A stretch of DNA of 24,000 nucleotides from Frigoribacterium sp. SL97 (GCF_026625765.1 NZ_CP113062.1:2019349-2043348); one strand, 5' to 3'. Shown: positions 13,091-19,828, counted from the first letter of the stretch. Translations and numbers: made by a program. The notes: generated from the letters alone by a model not told the origin.

Positions 13091-14586
13091 GCCCCCGCGA
13101 GCAGGCCGATCCCCGCCTCGGCACGACCGTCGGCGGTCGCTACCGCCTCGACGCGATCGTCGGGCGCGGAGGCATGGGGGCCGTCTACCGGGCGAGCGAC
13201 CTCGAGCTCGGCCGGGTCGTCGCCGTCAAGCTCTTCTCCTCGGACGGGCACGACGTCCACGACCTCAGCCGCCAGGTCAGCGAGGTGCGCCTCCTCGCCT
13301 CCCTCAACCACCCGGGGCTCGTCACGCTCTACGACGCCCGGGTCGAGGGCGACGGCCACGACGACGACGCCTACCTCGTGATGGAGTACGTCGACGGCCC
13401 CACCCTGCAGACCGTGCTCGCCGACGGTCCGTTGTCGCACGCCGAGGCCGCGGCGGTGCTCGGCGACGTCGCGGACGGCCTGGCGGCGGTGCACCGCGCC
13501 GGCGTCGTCCACCGGGACGTCAAGCCCGCGAACATCCTGCTCGCCGCGCCGCACCACGAAGGCGACCCCCGACGGGCCAAGCTCGCCGACTTCGGCATCG
13601 CCTACCTGATCGACTCGACGCGGGTGACGGCCACGGGAACCCTGATGGGCACCGCCGCCTTCGTCAGCCCGGAGCAGGCCGAGGGGCGTCCGCCGGCCCC
13701 CGCGTCCGACGTCTATTCGCTCGGGTTGGTGCTGGTCGAGGCGCTGACCGGGCGGCGCGTCTTCACGGGGTCGGTCGTCGAGTCGGTCATGGCCCGTCTC
13801 ACCCGCGACCCCGAGATCCCGGCCTCGATCGGCTCGGGGTGGGCGGAACTGTTGACGCGCATGACCGCGCGAGCACCCGACGACCGTCCGGCCGCCGCCG
13901 AGGTCGCCCGAGCGGCCCGCACGCTGGCCGTCGAGGGCGCCGGGTCGACCGAAGCCGTCACGCGCGTCATGGCCGCTCCCGACGTGCCGACGGCTGCCCT
14001 GCCCGGAGGCGACGCCCCCACTCGCGTCCTGGCCCGGGACGATGCCCGCACGCAGGTGTTCGGGGCGGGGGCGGCCTCCCGCGCCGACGCCACGGACCTG
14101 GTCGCCGACGTCACGGCGGACGACGGGACCCGGAAGCGTCGGCGTTGGCCCCTCGTGCTGGCGGCGATCGTCGTCGCCGGGCTGCTGGCGGCGGGCATCG
14201 GTTGGGCCGCCACCCGCGACGGTGGGACGGTGGACCCGACGGAGAGCACGAGTCCGAGCGTCGAGACGGATCCGTCGACGACGCCGTCCGAGTCGTCGGA
14301 CGTCGACTCGCCGTCACCGTCCGACGACTCCACCGACGACTCACCGGTCGACCCGGCTCCCTCGGACGAGGTGAGCCCCACCCAGGAGGCGCCGGTCGAG
14401 CCGACGACGCAGCCGACCGTCGACCCCGTGACGCCCCCGACGGTCGACGTCCCTGGCGTCGACGTCCCCGGAGGGAACAGCGGGCCCGGCAACAGCGGCA
14501 ACGGCGGCCCGGGCACCAACGGGAACGGGAACGGGAACGGCCGGGGCAACGGGGTCGGTCTCGGGACGGGGACCGACACCCCCTAG
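13087..14586 (+). CDS. Membrane Ser/Thr protein kinase (Hanks type) with low-complexity extracytoplasmic tail
   Basis: The 499-aa product has a glycine loop GRGGMGAVY, VAVK, catalytic loop HRDVKPANILL, DFG and a SPEQ activation segment. There is a single TM (WPLVLAAIVVAGLLAAGIGWAA), followed by an S/T/P/D/E-rich and G/N-rich region with no PASTA or other recognisable sensor fold. The ATG overlaps the coaBC stop (ATGA at 13087-13090). Confidence 0.92.
   Translation: MSPREQADPRLGTTVGGRYRLDAIVGRGGMGAVYRASDLELGRVVAVKLFSSDGHDVHDLSRQVSEVRLLASLNHPGLVTLYDARVEGDGHDDDAYLVMEYVDGPTLQTVLADGPLSHAEAAAVLGDVADGLAAVHRAGVVHRDVKPANILLAAPHHEGDPRRAKLADFGIAYLIDSTRVTATGTLMGTAAFVSPEQAEGRPPAPASDVYSLGLVLVEALTGRRVFTGSVVESVMARLTRDPEIPASIGSGWAELLTRMTARAPDDRPAAAEVARAARTLAVEGAGSTEAVTRVMAAPDVPTAALPGGDAPTRVLARDDARTQVFGAGAASRADATDLVADVTADDGTRKRRRWPLVLAAIVVAGLLAAGIGWAATRDGGTVDPTESTSPSVETDPSTTPSESSDVDSPSPSDDSTDDSPVDPAPSDEVSPTQEAPVEPTTQPTVDPVTPPTVDVPGVDVPGGNSGPGNSGNGGPGTNGNGNGNGRGNGVGLGTGTDTP
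14518..14540 (+). repeat. Tandem hexanucleotide repeat (AACGGG)x3.8 inside the kinase 3' end, encoding (NG)n
   Basis: AACGGGAACGGGAACGGGAACGG is read directly. It is embedded in a wider imperfectly repetitive G/N-coding stretch (about 14470-14575: GNSGPGNSGNGGPGTNGNGNGNGRGNGVGLGTG). Confidence 0.85.
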
Positions 14587-14701
14587 GCGGATGCCGCGGG
14601 ACGTCACGACCCGTCGCTCGCATCGTGAGGTGGGCGACAGGTCGTGGCCTCTCGGCAGGAGAGGCGGGCCACCCCGTGAGAGAAGAAGCCCGGACATGAC
14701 G

Positions 14702-14727
14702 AAAGCCCCGGCCGAGGCCGGGGCTTT
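14702..14727. terminator. Bidirectional intrinsic terminator (AAAGCCCCGGC-CGAG-GCCGGGGCTTT)
   Basis: An 11-bp stem with a 4-nt loop has A-run and T-run flanks. This gives a U-tail in both directions: CUUUCUGUGUGUG on the plus strand, UUUCGUC on the minus strand. It separates the kinase 3' UTR from the 3' end of the minus-strand tRNA operon. Confidence 0.75.
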
Positions 14728-14734
14728 CTGTGTG

Positions 14735-14806
14735 TGAGCGATACTGGGATCGAACCAGCGACCTCTTCCGTGTCAGGGAAGCGCGCTACCGCTGCGCCAA
14801 TCGCTC
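14735..14806 (-). tRNA. tRNA-Val (anticodon GAC)
   Basis: The reverse strand reads GAGCGAT-TG-GCGC-AGCGGTA-GCGC-G-CTTCC-CTGACAC-GGAAG-AGGTC-GCTGG-TTCGATC-CCAGT-ATCGCTC-A. This is a full cloverleaf of 72 nt with a 7-bp acceptor stem. CCA is not encoded. Confidence 0.93.
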
Positions 14807-14864
14807 ATGTCTCAACGATCCGAGAATCTTCCCTCGAACCGCACTATTCAATTGCAACATAGAG

Positions 14865-14882
14865 TCTAGACCTAGGTCTAGA
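14865..14882. repeat. Perfect 18-bp palindrome TCTAGACCTAGGTCTAGA in the tRNA-Cys/tRNA-Val spacer
   Basis: Read directly, the sequence equals its own reverse complement. It contains three CTAG tetramers (2x TCTAGA plus CCTAGG). It begins 5 nt downstream of the encoded CCA of tRNA-Cys on the minus strand. As RNA it forms a 7-bp stem with a CUAG loop. Confidence 0.9.
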
Positions 14883-14887
14883 TCGAA

Positions 14888-14961
14888 TGGAGGTGGAGAC
14901 GGGATTTGAACCCGCGTGAACGGCTTTGCAGGCCGGTGCCTCGCCTCTCGGCCACTCCACC
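14888..14961 (-). tRNA. tRNA-Cys (anticodon GCA), CCA encoded
   Basis: The reverse strand reads GGTGGAG-TG-GCC-GAGAGGCGA-GGC-A-CCGGC-CTGCAAA-GCCGT-TCAC-GCGGG-TTCAAAT-CCCGT-CTCCACC-T-CCA, 74 nt. Confidence 0.9.
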
Positions 14962-14975
14962 ATACGAGTAGCCCC

Positions 14976-15012
14976 CCAGAGGGAGGCCACCAGTCGGTGG
15001 ACCACCCTCTGG
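14976..15012 (-). other. Inter-tRNA hairpin (tRNA-Gly/tRNA-Cys spacer)
   Basis: CCAGAGGG (14976-83) pairs with CCCTCTGG (15005-12). An inner CCACC/GGTGG stem closes around loop AGTC, giving about 15 bp in total with one bulge and one mismatch. It is a probable processing or structural element of the polycistronic tRNA precursor. Confidence 0.5.
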
Positions 15013-15027
15013 TGAGCATTACACTCG

Positions 15028-15099
15028 AGCGGATGACGAGATTCGAACTCGCGACCCTCACCTTGGCAAGGTGATGCGCTACCGCTGCGCCACATCCGC
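15028..15099 (-). tRNA. tRNA-Gly (anticodon GCC)
   Basis: The reverse strand reads GCGGATG-TG-GCGC-AGCGGTA-GCGC-A-TCACC-TTGCCAA-GGTGA-GGGTC-GCGAG-TTCGAAT-CTCGT-CATCCGC-T, 72 nt. CCA is not encoded. Confidence 0.92.
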
Positions 15100-15129
15100 A
15101 TTTCGCTTTGCATTTCTGCGTGCAAAAGA

Positions 15130-15159
15130 ACAATACCCACACCCCGGGGCAGAAACCAA
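15130..15159 (-). promoter_or_regulatory. Candidate promoter of the Gly-Cys-Val tRNA operon (TTGGTT-N18-TATTGT on the minus strand)
   Basis: It lies in the lower-GC divergent spacer 15100-15273. The -10-like TATTGT (complement of 15130-15135) sits about 30 nt upstream of tRNA-Gly, and the -35-like TTGGTT is the complement of 15154-15159. This is pattern matching only. Confidence 0.25.
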
Positions 15160-15273
15160 ATCGAGGGAAGTTCGTGTCTTGATCGATCACGGGGCAGCTC
15201 ACGACGGTGACCTCGACGACCGGCCGAATGGCGTTCGAGCACCGCGATGCACTAGCATCGTCGAGTCCCACAC

Positions 15274-15346
15274 GGGCGATTGGCGCAGTTGGTAGCGCGC
15301 TTCCTTCACACGGAAGAGGTCATCGGTTCGAGCCCGGTATCGCCCA
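15274..15346 (+). tRNA. tRNA-Val (anticodon CAC)
   Basis: GGGCGAT-TG-GCGC-AGTTGGTA-GCGC-G-CTTCC-TTCACAC-GGAAG-AGGTC-ATCGG-TTCGAGC-CCGGT-ATCGCCC-A, 73 nt. Track ORF 15207..17165 wrongly reads through it. Confidence 0.93.
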
Positions 15347-15357
15347 CGATCACCATC

Positions 15358-15385
15358 GAAAGGCCCTGCTCCTGCAGGGCCTTTC
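15358..15385 (+). terminator. Intrinsic terminator after tRNA-Val(CAC) (GAAAGGCCCTGC-TCCT-GCAGGGCCTTTC)
   Basis: A perfect 12-bp stem with a 4-nt loop is followed by GTCGTT. It starts 12 nt after the tRNA. Confidence 0.7.
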
Positions 15386-15470
15386 GTCGTTCCTGGCCCG
15401 CGATCCCCGGCCCGGTGCCGCCGTCGGAGCATCGACGCCGCCCACTGCCGAGACGTGGCATCCTCGCCCC

Positions 15471-17165
15471 ATGACCGACTCCCCCACCTCCCGCGCCGCC
15501 GCGACCCGCCCCACGCCCGTCCCCGACGCCGACTGGTGGCGGCAGGCCGTGGTGTACCAGGTGTATCCGCGCAGCTTCGCCGACGCGAACGACGACGGCA
15601 TCGGTGACCTGGCCGGCGTGACCTCGCGCGTGCCGTACCTGCAGCGGCTCGGGGTCGACGCCGTCTGGCTGAGCCCCTTCTATCCGTCACCGCTCGCCGA
15701 CGGCGGGTACGACGTCGCCGACTACCGCGACGTCGACCCCCGCCTCGGCACCCTCGACGACTTCGACGAGATGGTCGCCGCCCTCCACTCGGCCGGGCTG
15801 AGGGTCGTGGTCGACATCGTCCCGAACCACACCTCGAGCGACCACGAGTGGTTCCGTGAGGCGGTGGCGTCCGAGCCCGGCAGCGCCGCCCGTGGCCGGT
15901 ACGTGTTCCGGGACGGCCTCGGCGAGGGAGGAGACACTCCCCCGTCGACCTGGGTCTCGAACTTCGGCGGTGGCGCCTGGACCCGCCTGCAGCGCCCCGA
16001 CGGCACGCCCGAACAGTGGTACCTGCACCTGTTCGCCCCCGAGCAACCCGACCTCGACTGGAGCAACCCCGAGGTCCGCACCGACTTCGAACGCACGCTG
16101 CGGTTCTGGTCGGACCGTGGCGTCGACGGATTCCGGGTCGACGTCGCCCACGGGCTCGCGAAGGACCTCACCGAGCCCCTCCGCGACGCGGCCGAACGTC
16201 AGCTCCTGCCGGTCGACGGCAGCGATCCGCTCTACGACCGTGACGAGGTGCACACGATCTTCGAGGGGTGGCGCCGGGTCCTCGACGAGTACGACCCGCC
16301 CCGGAGCGCCGTGGCCGAGGCCTGGGTGCAGCCCGAGCGGGTGCCGCTCTACGCCCGCCCCACCGAGCTCGGCCAGGCCTTCAACTTCGCCCTGACGCGC
16401 GCCGACTTCGACGCCGACCAGTACCGGACCATCATCGCGTCGACCCTCGAGCAGGCGGCCGTCAGCGGGGCGACGAGCACGTGGGTGCTCTCGAACCACG
16501 ACGTCGTCCGTCACGCCACGCGCTACGGCCTGCCGAAGGGGCAGGACCTCGACGCCTTCGTGCTGAGCGACGGTCGCCGACCCACTCTGAACCCCGATGC
16601 GGGCCTCCGTCGGGCCCGTGCGGCGACGCTGCTCATGCTCGCCCTCCCGGGTTCGGCCTACGTCTACCAAGGAGAAGAACTGGGCCTCTTCGAGGTGGCC
16701 GACCTGCGTCCCGACGACCTGCAGGACCCGGTCTGGGTCCGCACGGGCCACCGGCGCAAGGGCCGTGACGGCAGCCGGGTGCCGCTGCCCTGGGACACGA
16801 GCGAGCCCGCCCTGGGCTTCGGGGACCACGCCCCGCACCTGCCGCAACCCGAGTGGTTCGAGGACCTCGCCGTCTCGGTGCAGGACGACGAGGACGAGTC
16901 CACGTTGTCGATCTACCGACGCGCCCTCGCCCTCCGCCGCGAGCTGCAGCGCGGTGAGGCCTTCCTCTGGGCCGACGACACCTCGGAGGACGTCGTGCGC
17001 TTCTCCCGCCACGAGGGGTGGCACTCGCTGACGAACTTCGGCGGCGGCCCGGTCGACCTGCCCACCGGGGCACGCGTCCTGGCCTCCAGCGAGCCGTTGC
17101 ACGACACGCTCGCCGGCGTCACCGAGGTGCCGGGCGAGACCACGGTCTGGTTCTCGCTGACCTGA
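15471..17165 (+). CDS. GH13 alpha-glucosidase / oligo-1,6-glucosidase family
   Basis: The 564-aa product starts at ATG 15471. WWRQAVVYQVYPRSFADANDDGIGDLAGV...LGVDAVWLSPFY.SP..D.GYDV.DYRDVDP..GT..DF, then VVDIVPNHTS.EH.WF, GFRVDVAH and VLSNHD are the conserved GH13 regions I-IV. No sugar transporter is adjacent. Confidence 0.9.
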   Translation: MTDSPTSRAAATRPTPVPDADWWRQAVVYQVYPRSFADANDDGIGDLAGVTSRVPYLQRLGVDAVWLSPFYPSPLADGGYDVADYRDVDPRLGTLDDFDEMVAALHSAGLRVVVDIVPNHTSSDHEWFREAVASEPGSAARGRYVFRDGLGEGGDTPPSTWVSNFGGGAWTRLQRPDGTPEQWYLHLFAPEQPDLDWSNPEVRTDFERTLRFWSDRGVDGFRVDVAHGLAKDLTEPLRDAAERQLLPVDGSDPLYDRDEVHTIFEGWRRVLDEYDPPRSAVAEAWVQPERVPLYARPTELGQAFNFALTRADFDADQYRTIIASTLEQAAVSGATSTWVLSNHDVVRHATRYGLPKGQDLDAFVLSDGRRPTLNPDAGLRRARAATLLMLALPGSAYVYQGEELGLFEVADLRPDDLQDPVWVRTGHRRKGRDGSRVPLPWDTSEPALGFGDHAPHLPQPEWFEDLAVSVQDDEDESTLSIYRRALALRRELQRGEAFLWADDTSEDVVRFSRHEGWHSLTNFGGGPVDLPTGARVLASSEPLHDTLAGVTEVPGETTVWFSLT

Positions 17166-17196
17166 GACCCGGGCCCGGTCCGACCGGGCGACCACC

Positions 17197-17241
17197 CGCA
17201 GGAGGCGCGGTGCGACGCGGTCGCGCACCGCGCCTCCTGCG
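17197..17241. terminator. Long perfect hairpin (18-bp stem) in the convergent aglucosidase/amt gap
   Basis: CGCAGGAGGCGCGGTGCG (17197-17214) pairs with CGCACCGCGCCTCCTGCG (17224-17241) around a 9-nt loop. A smaller 7-bp hairpin at 17173-17189 directly follows the glucosidase stop. Confidence 0.55.
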
Positions 17242-17262
17242 TTCTGCCGCGGTCGGGACGCA

Positions 17263-17294
17263 GAACGGCCCCGGTCCGAGGACCGGGGCCGTTC
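17263..17294 (-). terminator. Hairpin after amt (GAACGGCCCCGGTC-CGAG-GACCGGGGCCGTTC)
   Basis: A perfect 14-bp stem with a 4-nt loop lies 16 nt beyond the amt stop (17310-17312). On the minus strand it is followed by UGCGUCC. Confidence 0.6.
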
Positions 17295-17309
17295 GTCGTG
17301 CGACGTGGG

Positions 17310-18590
17310 TCAGGCGCGCGAGTTCTCGAGGACGTAGCCCTCTTCACCGTGCAGGGCGAGGTCGATGCCGGCCACCTCGTCCTCGTTCTTCACGCGGAAG
17401 CCGATGGTCTTCTCGATGACGAAGCCGATGACGAAGGCCAGGACGAACGAGTAGAGCATGACGGCCAGGGCCGAGAGGGCCTGGATGCCGAGCTGCGTGA
17501 AGGTGTGCGAGAAGATGAGGCCGGTGTCGTTCGCGAAGATGCCGAGGTACAGCGTCCCGATGAGGCCACCGACGAGGTGGATGCCCACGACGTCGAGGGA
17601 GTCGTCGAACCCGAGCTTGAACTTGAGGTCGATGGCGAGGGCGCAGACGGCACCCGCGACGACGCCGAGGACGACGGCCCACCCCGGGGTGAGGGCGGCG
17701 CAGGCCGGGGTGATGGCGACGAGGCCGGCGACGGCACCCGAGGCGGCGCCGACCGAGGTGGCCTTGCCGTCCTTGAGCTTCTCGACGACCAGCCAGCCGA
17801 GCACGGCGGCGGCCGGTGCGGCGATGGTGTTCAGGAACGCCAGGGCGGCCACGCCGTCGGCCGCGAGCTCGGAGCCGGCGTTGAAGCCGAACCAGCCGAA
17901 CCAGAGCAGCCCGGCACCCAGCAGGACGAAGGGCGGGTTGTGCGGCTTGTCGGCACCCTTGGCGAAGCCGACGCGCTTGCCGAGGACGAGTGCCAGGGCG
18001 AGGGCCGCGGCACCGGCGTTGATGTGGACGGCCGTGCCGCCGGCGAAGTCGATGACGCCCATGGCGGCGATCCAGCCACCGACGGTGTTGCCGTCGGCGT
18101 CCTTCGTGAAGTTGAAGACCCAGCTGGCGACCGGGAAGTAGACGACCGTGGCCCAGACGCCGGCGAAGATCATCCACGCCCCGAACTTGGCGCGGTCGGC
18201 GATGGCGCCCGAGATGAGGGCCACCGTGATGATCGCGAAGGTGGCCTGGAAGGCGGCGAAGGCGATCGTCGGGTAGGCGCCGGTCGGGTCCAGGCTGTCC
18301 TCGAAGGCGGCGCCGAGGCCGAGGTTCGCGACGTCGAGGCCGATCAGGCCCTGGACGCCCACGAAGCTCTCGCTCCCACCGGGGATCGAGGTCGGGTTGC
18401 CGAAGGCGATCGCATAGCCGAAGAGCACCCACAGGACGCCGATGAGGCCCATCGCGCCGAAGCTGAGCATCATCATGCTGATGACGCTCTTGGCCTTGAC
18501 GAGGCCGCCGTAGAAGAAGGCCAGGCCGGGGGTCATGAGCAGCACGAGTGCCGCGCAGATCAACATGAAGGCGGTGTTGCCTTGGTCCAT
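17310..18590 (-). CDS. amt: Ammonium transporter (Amt family)
   Basis: Track ORF 17310..18629(-) trimmed to ATG 18588-18590, giving 426 aa. MDQGNTAFMLICAALVLLMTPGLAFFYGGLV..., FDFAGGTAVHINAG and GVVGIHLVGG are the conserved twin-His Amt blocks. No glnK/glnB follows it. Confidence 0.93.
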   Translation of the reverse strand: MDQGNTAFMLICAALVLLMTPGLAFFYGGLVKAKSVISMMMLSFGAMGLIGVLWVLFGYAIAFGNPTSIPGGSESFVGVQGLIGLDVANLGLGAAFEDSLDPTGAYPTIAFAAFQATFAIITVALISGAIADRAKFGAWMIFAGVWATVVYFPVASWVFNFTKDADGNTVGGWIAAMGVIDFAGGTAVHINAGAAALALALVLGKRVGFAKGADKPHNPPFVLLGAGLLWFGWFGFNAGSELAADGVAALAFLNTIAAPAAAVLGWLVVEKLKDGKATSVGAASGAVAGLVAITPACAALTPGWAVVLGVVAGAVCALAIDLKFKLGFDDSLDVVGIHLVGGLIGTLYLGIFANDTGLIFSHTFTQLGIQALSALAVMLYSFVLAFVIGFVIEKTIGFRVKNEDEVAGIDLALHGEEGYVLENSRA

Positions 18591-18735
18591 GGGTGGGTCA
18601 CCTCTCGAGTTTCGGAGCCGGGGAGGCACCGACGTCGAGGTCGACCGTGTGGGTTCACGGGCTGTGGTGACGAACGCTCTCGTCCGGTGCGGCCCCCAGT
18701 GTCGCGGGGAGAGGTTTCGGGCCGTGTGCGGGATT

Positions 18736-18782
18736 GTTTCCCCGATGTAACACGATTCGGGCGCAGGTAAACAACGTGTTAC
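18736..18782 (-). promoter_or_regulatory. Putative GlnR-type operator upstream of amt (two a-N6-b boxes)
   Basis: The minus strand reads GTAAC-ACGTTG-TTTAC-N15-GTTAC-ATCGGG-GAAAC. The second box matches the actinomycete GlnR consensus gTnAc-N6-GaAAc exactly, and the first partially. The site lies 146-192 nt upstream of the amt ATG. On the plus strand the outer half-sites form the inverted repeat GTAACACG-N20-CGTGTTAC. Confidence 0.4.
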
Positions 18783-18811
18783 CGGATGCCCGGTGCGGGG
18801 TGGGGATCCCG

Positions 18812-19828
18812 TCAGAGCGAGGTCAGGGCCACCAAGCGCGACACGGCGCGCAGGTACTTCTTGCGGTAGCCGCCGGCGAGCATCTCGTCCGAGAAGACCT
18901 GGTCGAGGGGCGTGCCCGAGGCGACCACCCGGATCTGCGCGTCGTACAGGCGGTCCACGAAGGCCACGAGGCGCAGGGCGTCCACCTGGCTCGTGAGGAC
19001 GTGGACGTCACGGAGCCCCACCGCGTCGAGGTCGTCGACGAGCTTCACGTACTTGCTGGGGTGGACCGTCGCGAGGTGGGCGACCACGCCGTCGAAGTCG
19101 TCGAGCGACACGGTCCCGCCGAGCGCGGCCGCCGCCGCGTCGACGTCGTCGACCACGTGCGCCCGGGCCTCGACCTCGCGACGCCGGTAGTCGTCCCCGT
19201 CGATGCGCAGGGTGAAGAACTTGTCGCTGAGCCCTTGGATCTCGCGGAGGAAGTCGGCGGCGGCGAACCGGCCCTCACCGAGGGCGTTGGGCGGCGTGTT
19301 CGAGGTGGCGGCGATGCGCGTGCCGTCGTCGGCCAGGTCGCCGAGCAGTCGGGTCATCATCATGGTGTCGCCCGGGTCGTCGAGCTCGAACTCGTCGATG
19401 CAGACCAGGGCGGCGCCCTTCAGCTGCGACGCGGCCCCGGCGTAGCCGACGGCGCCGACCAACGCGGTGAACTCGATGAAGGTGCCGAAGTACCGCCGGC
19501 CGGGCGTGCGGTTCCAGAGGGCGGCGAGCAGGTGGGTCTTGCCCACGCCGAAGCCGCCGTCGAGGTACAGGCCGGGACGCACGGCCGGGGCAGCCGGCTT
19601 CTTGCGGAACAGGCCCCTCCGCGGCGCGTCGGGACCCGCGCCTCCGAACGCCGTCACGGCGGCCACCGCCTCGGCCTGGGAGGCGAAGGCCGGGTCGGGC
19701 CGGTAGTTCTCGAGCGAGGCCTCCGCGAACTGACGAGGAGGCACGAGTTGCGTCACGATCTCGGCCCCCGTGATCGTCGGGGTGCGGTCGCTCAGCGAGA
19801 CGAGGGTGCTGACGGATTCGGGGGGCAT
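18812..19828 (-). CDS. zapE: ZapE / AFG1-like ATPase
   Basis: Track ORF 18812..19993(-) trimmed to ATG 19826-19828, giving 338 aa. It shows Walker A in [19 protein letters not shown], Walker [15 protein letters not shown], then ATSNTPP..L, which is typical of the AFG1/ZapE family. Confidence 0.85.
   Translation of the reverse strand: MPPESVSTLVSLSDRTPTITGAEIVTQLVPPRQFAEASLENYRPDPAFASQAEAVAAVTAFGGAGPDAPRRGLFRKKPAAPAVRPGLYLDGGFGVGKTHLLAALWNRTPGRRYFGTFIEFTALVGAVGYAGAASQLKGAALVCIDEFELDDPGDTMMMTRLLGDLADDGTRIAATSNTPPNALGEGRFAAADFLREIQGLSDKFFTLRIDGDDYRRREVEARAHVVDDVDAAAAALGGTVSLDDFDGVVAHLATVHPSKYVKLVDDLDAVGLRDVHVLTSQVDALRLVAFVDRLYDAQIRVVASGTPLDQVFSDEMLAGGYRKKYLRAVSRLVALTSL

Noticed and set aside
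14461-14575. Repetitive G/N-coding DNA considered as a possible CRISPR or other non-coding repeat array.
   Set aside because: The units are 6-12 nt, imperfect and in frame within the kinase ORF. There are no spacers of CRISPR size and no cas genes.
14696-14737. A mini-ORF MTKAPAEAGAFCV located over the terminator hairpin.
   Set aside because: Its codons are simply the two arms of the terminator stem. It has no RBS and is too short to support.
15100-15273. A plus-strand promoter for tRNA-Val(CAC) (TAGCAT at 15253-15258) and the small dyad GATGC-ACTA-GCATC.
   Set aside because: The -10-like hexamer has no acceptable -35 at 16-18 nt, and the dyad has only a 5-bp stem. This is too weak to annotate.
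14735-15346. The tRNA cluster as the edge of a genomic island or prophage integration site.
   Set aside because: There is no integrase, excisionase or phage gene on either side. No direct repeat of a tRNA 3' end was seen, and the flanking genes are conserved housekeeping genes.
15207-15470. The N-terminal 88 codons of track ORF 15207..17165. Analogous upstream extensions occur in ORFs 793..1623, 5078..6409, 6849..8279, 9819..10820, 10828..11910, 11363..13090, 17310..18629, 18812..19993, 19849..20904, 20838..21344 and 21065..22096.
   Set aside because: This extension reads straight through tRNA-Val(CAC) and its terminator. In every case the conserved protein begins at an internal ATG/GTG with a Shine-Dalgarno-like purine run, and the upstream part is low-complexity or overlaps the neighbouring gene.
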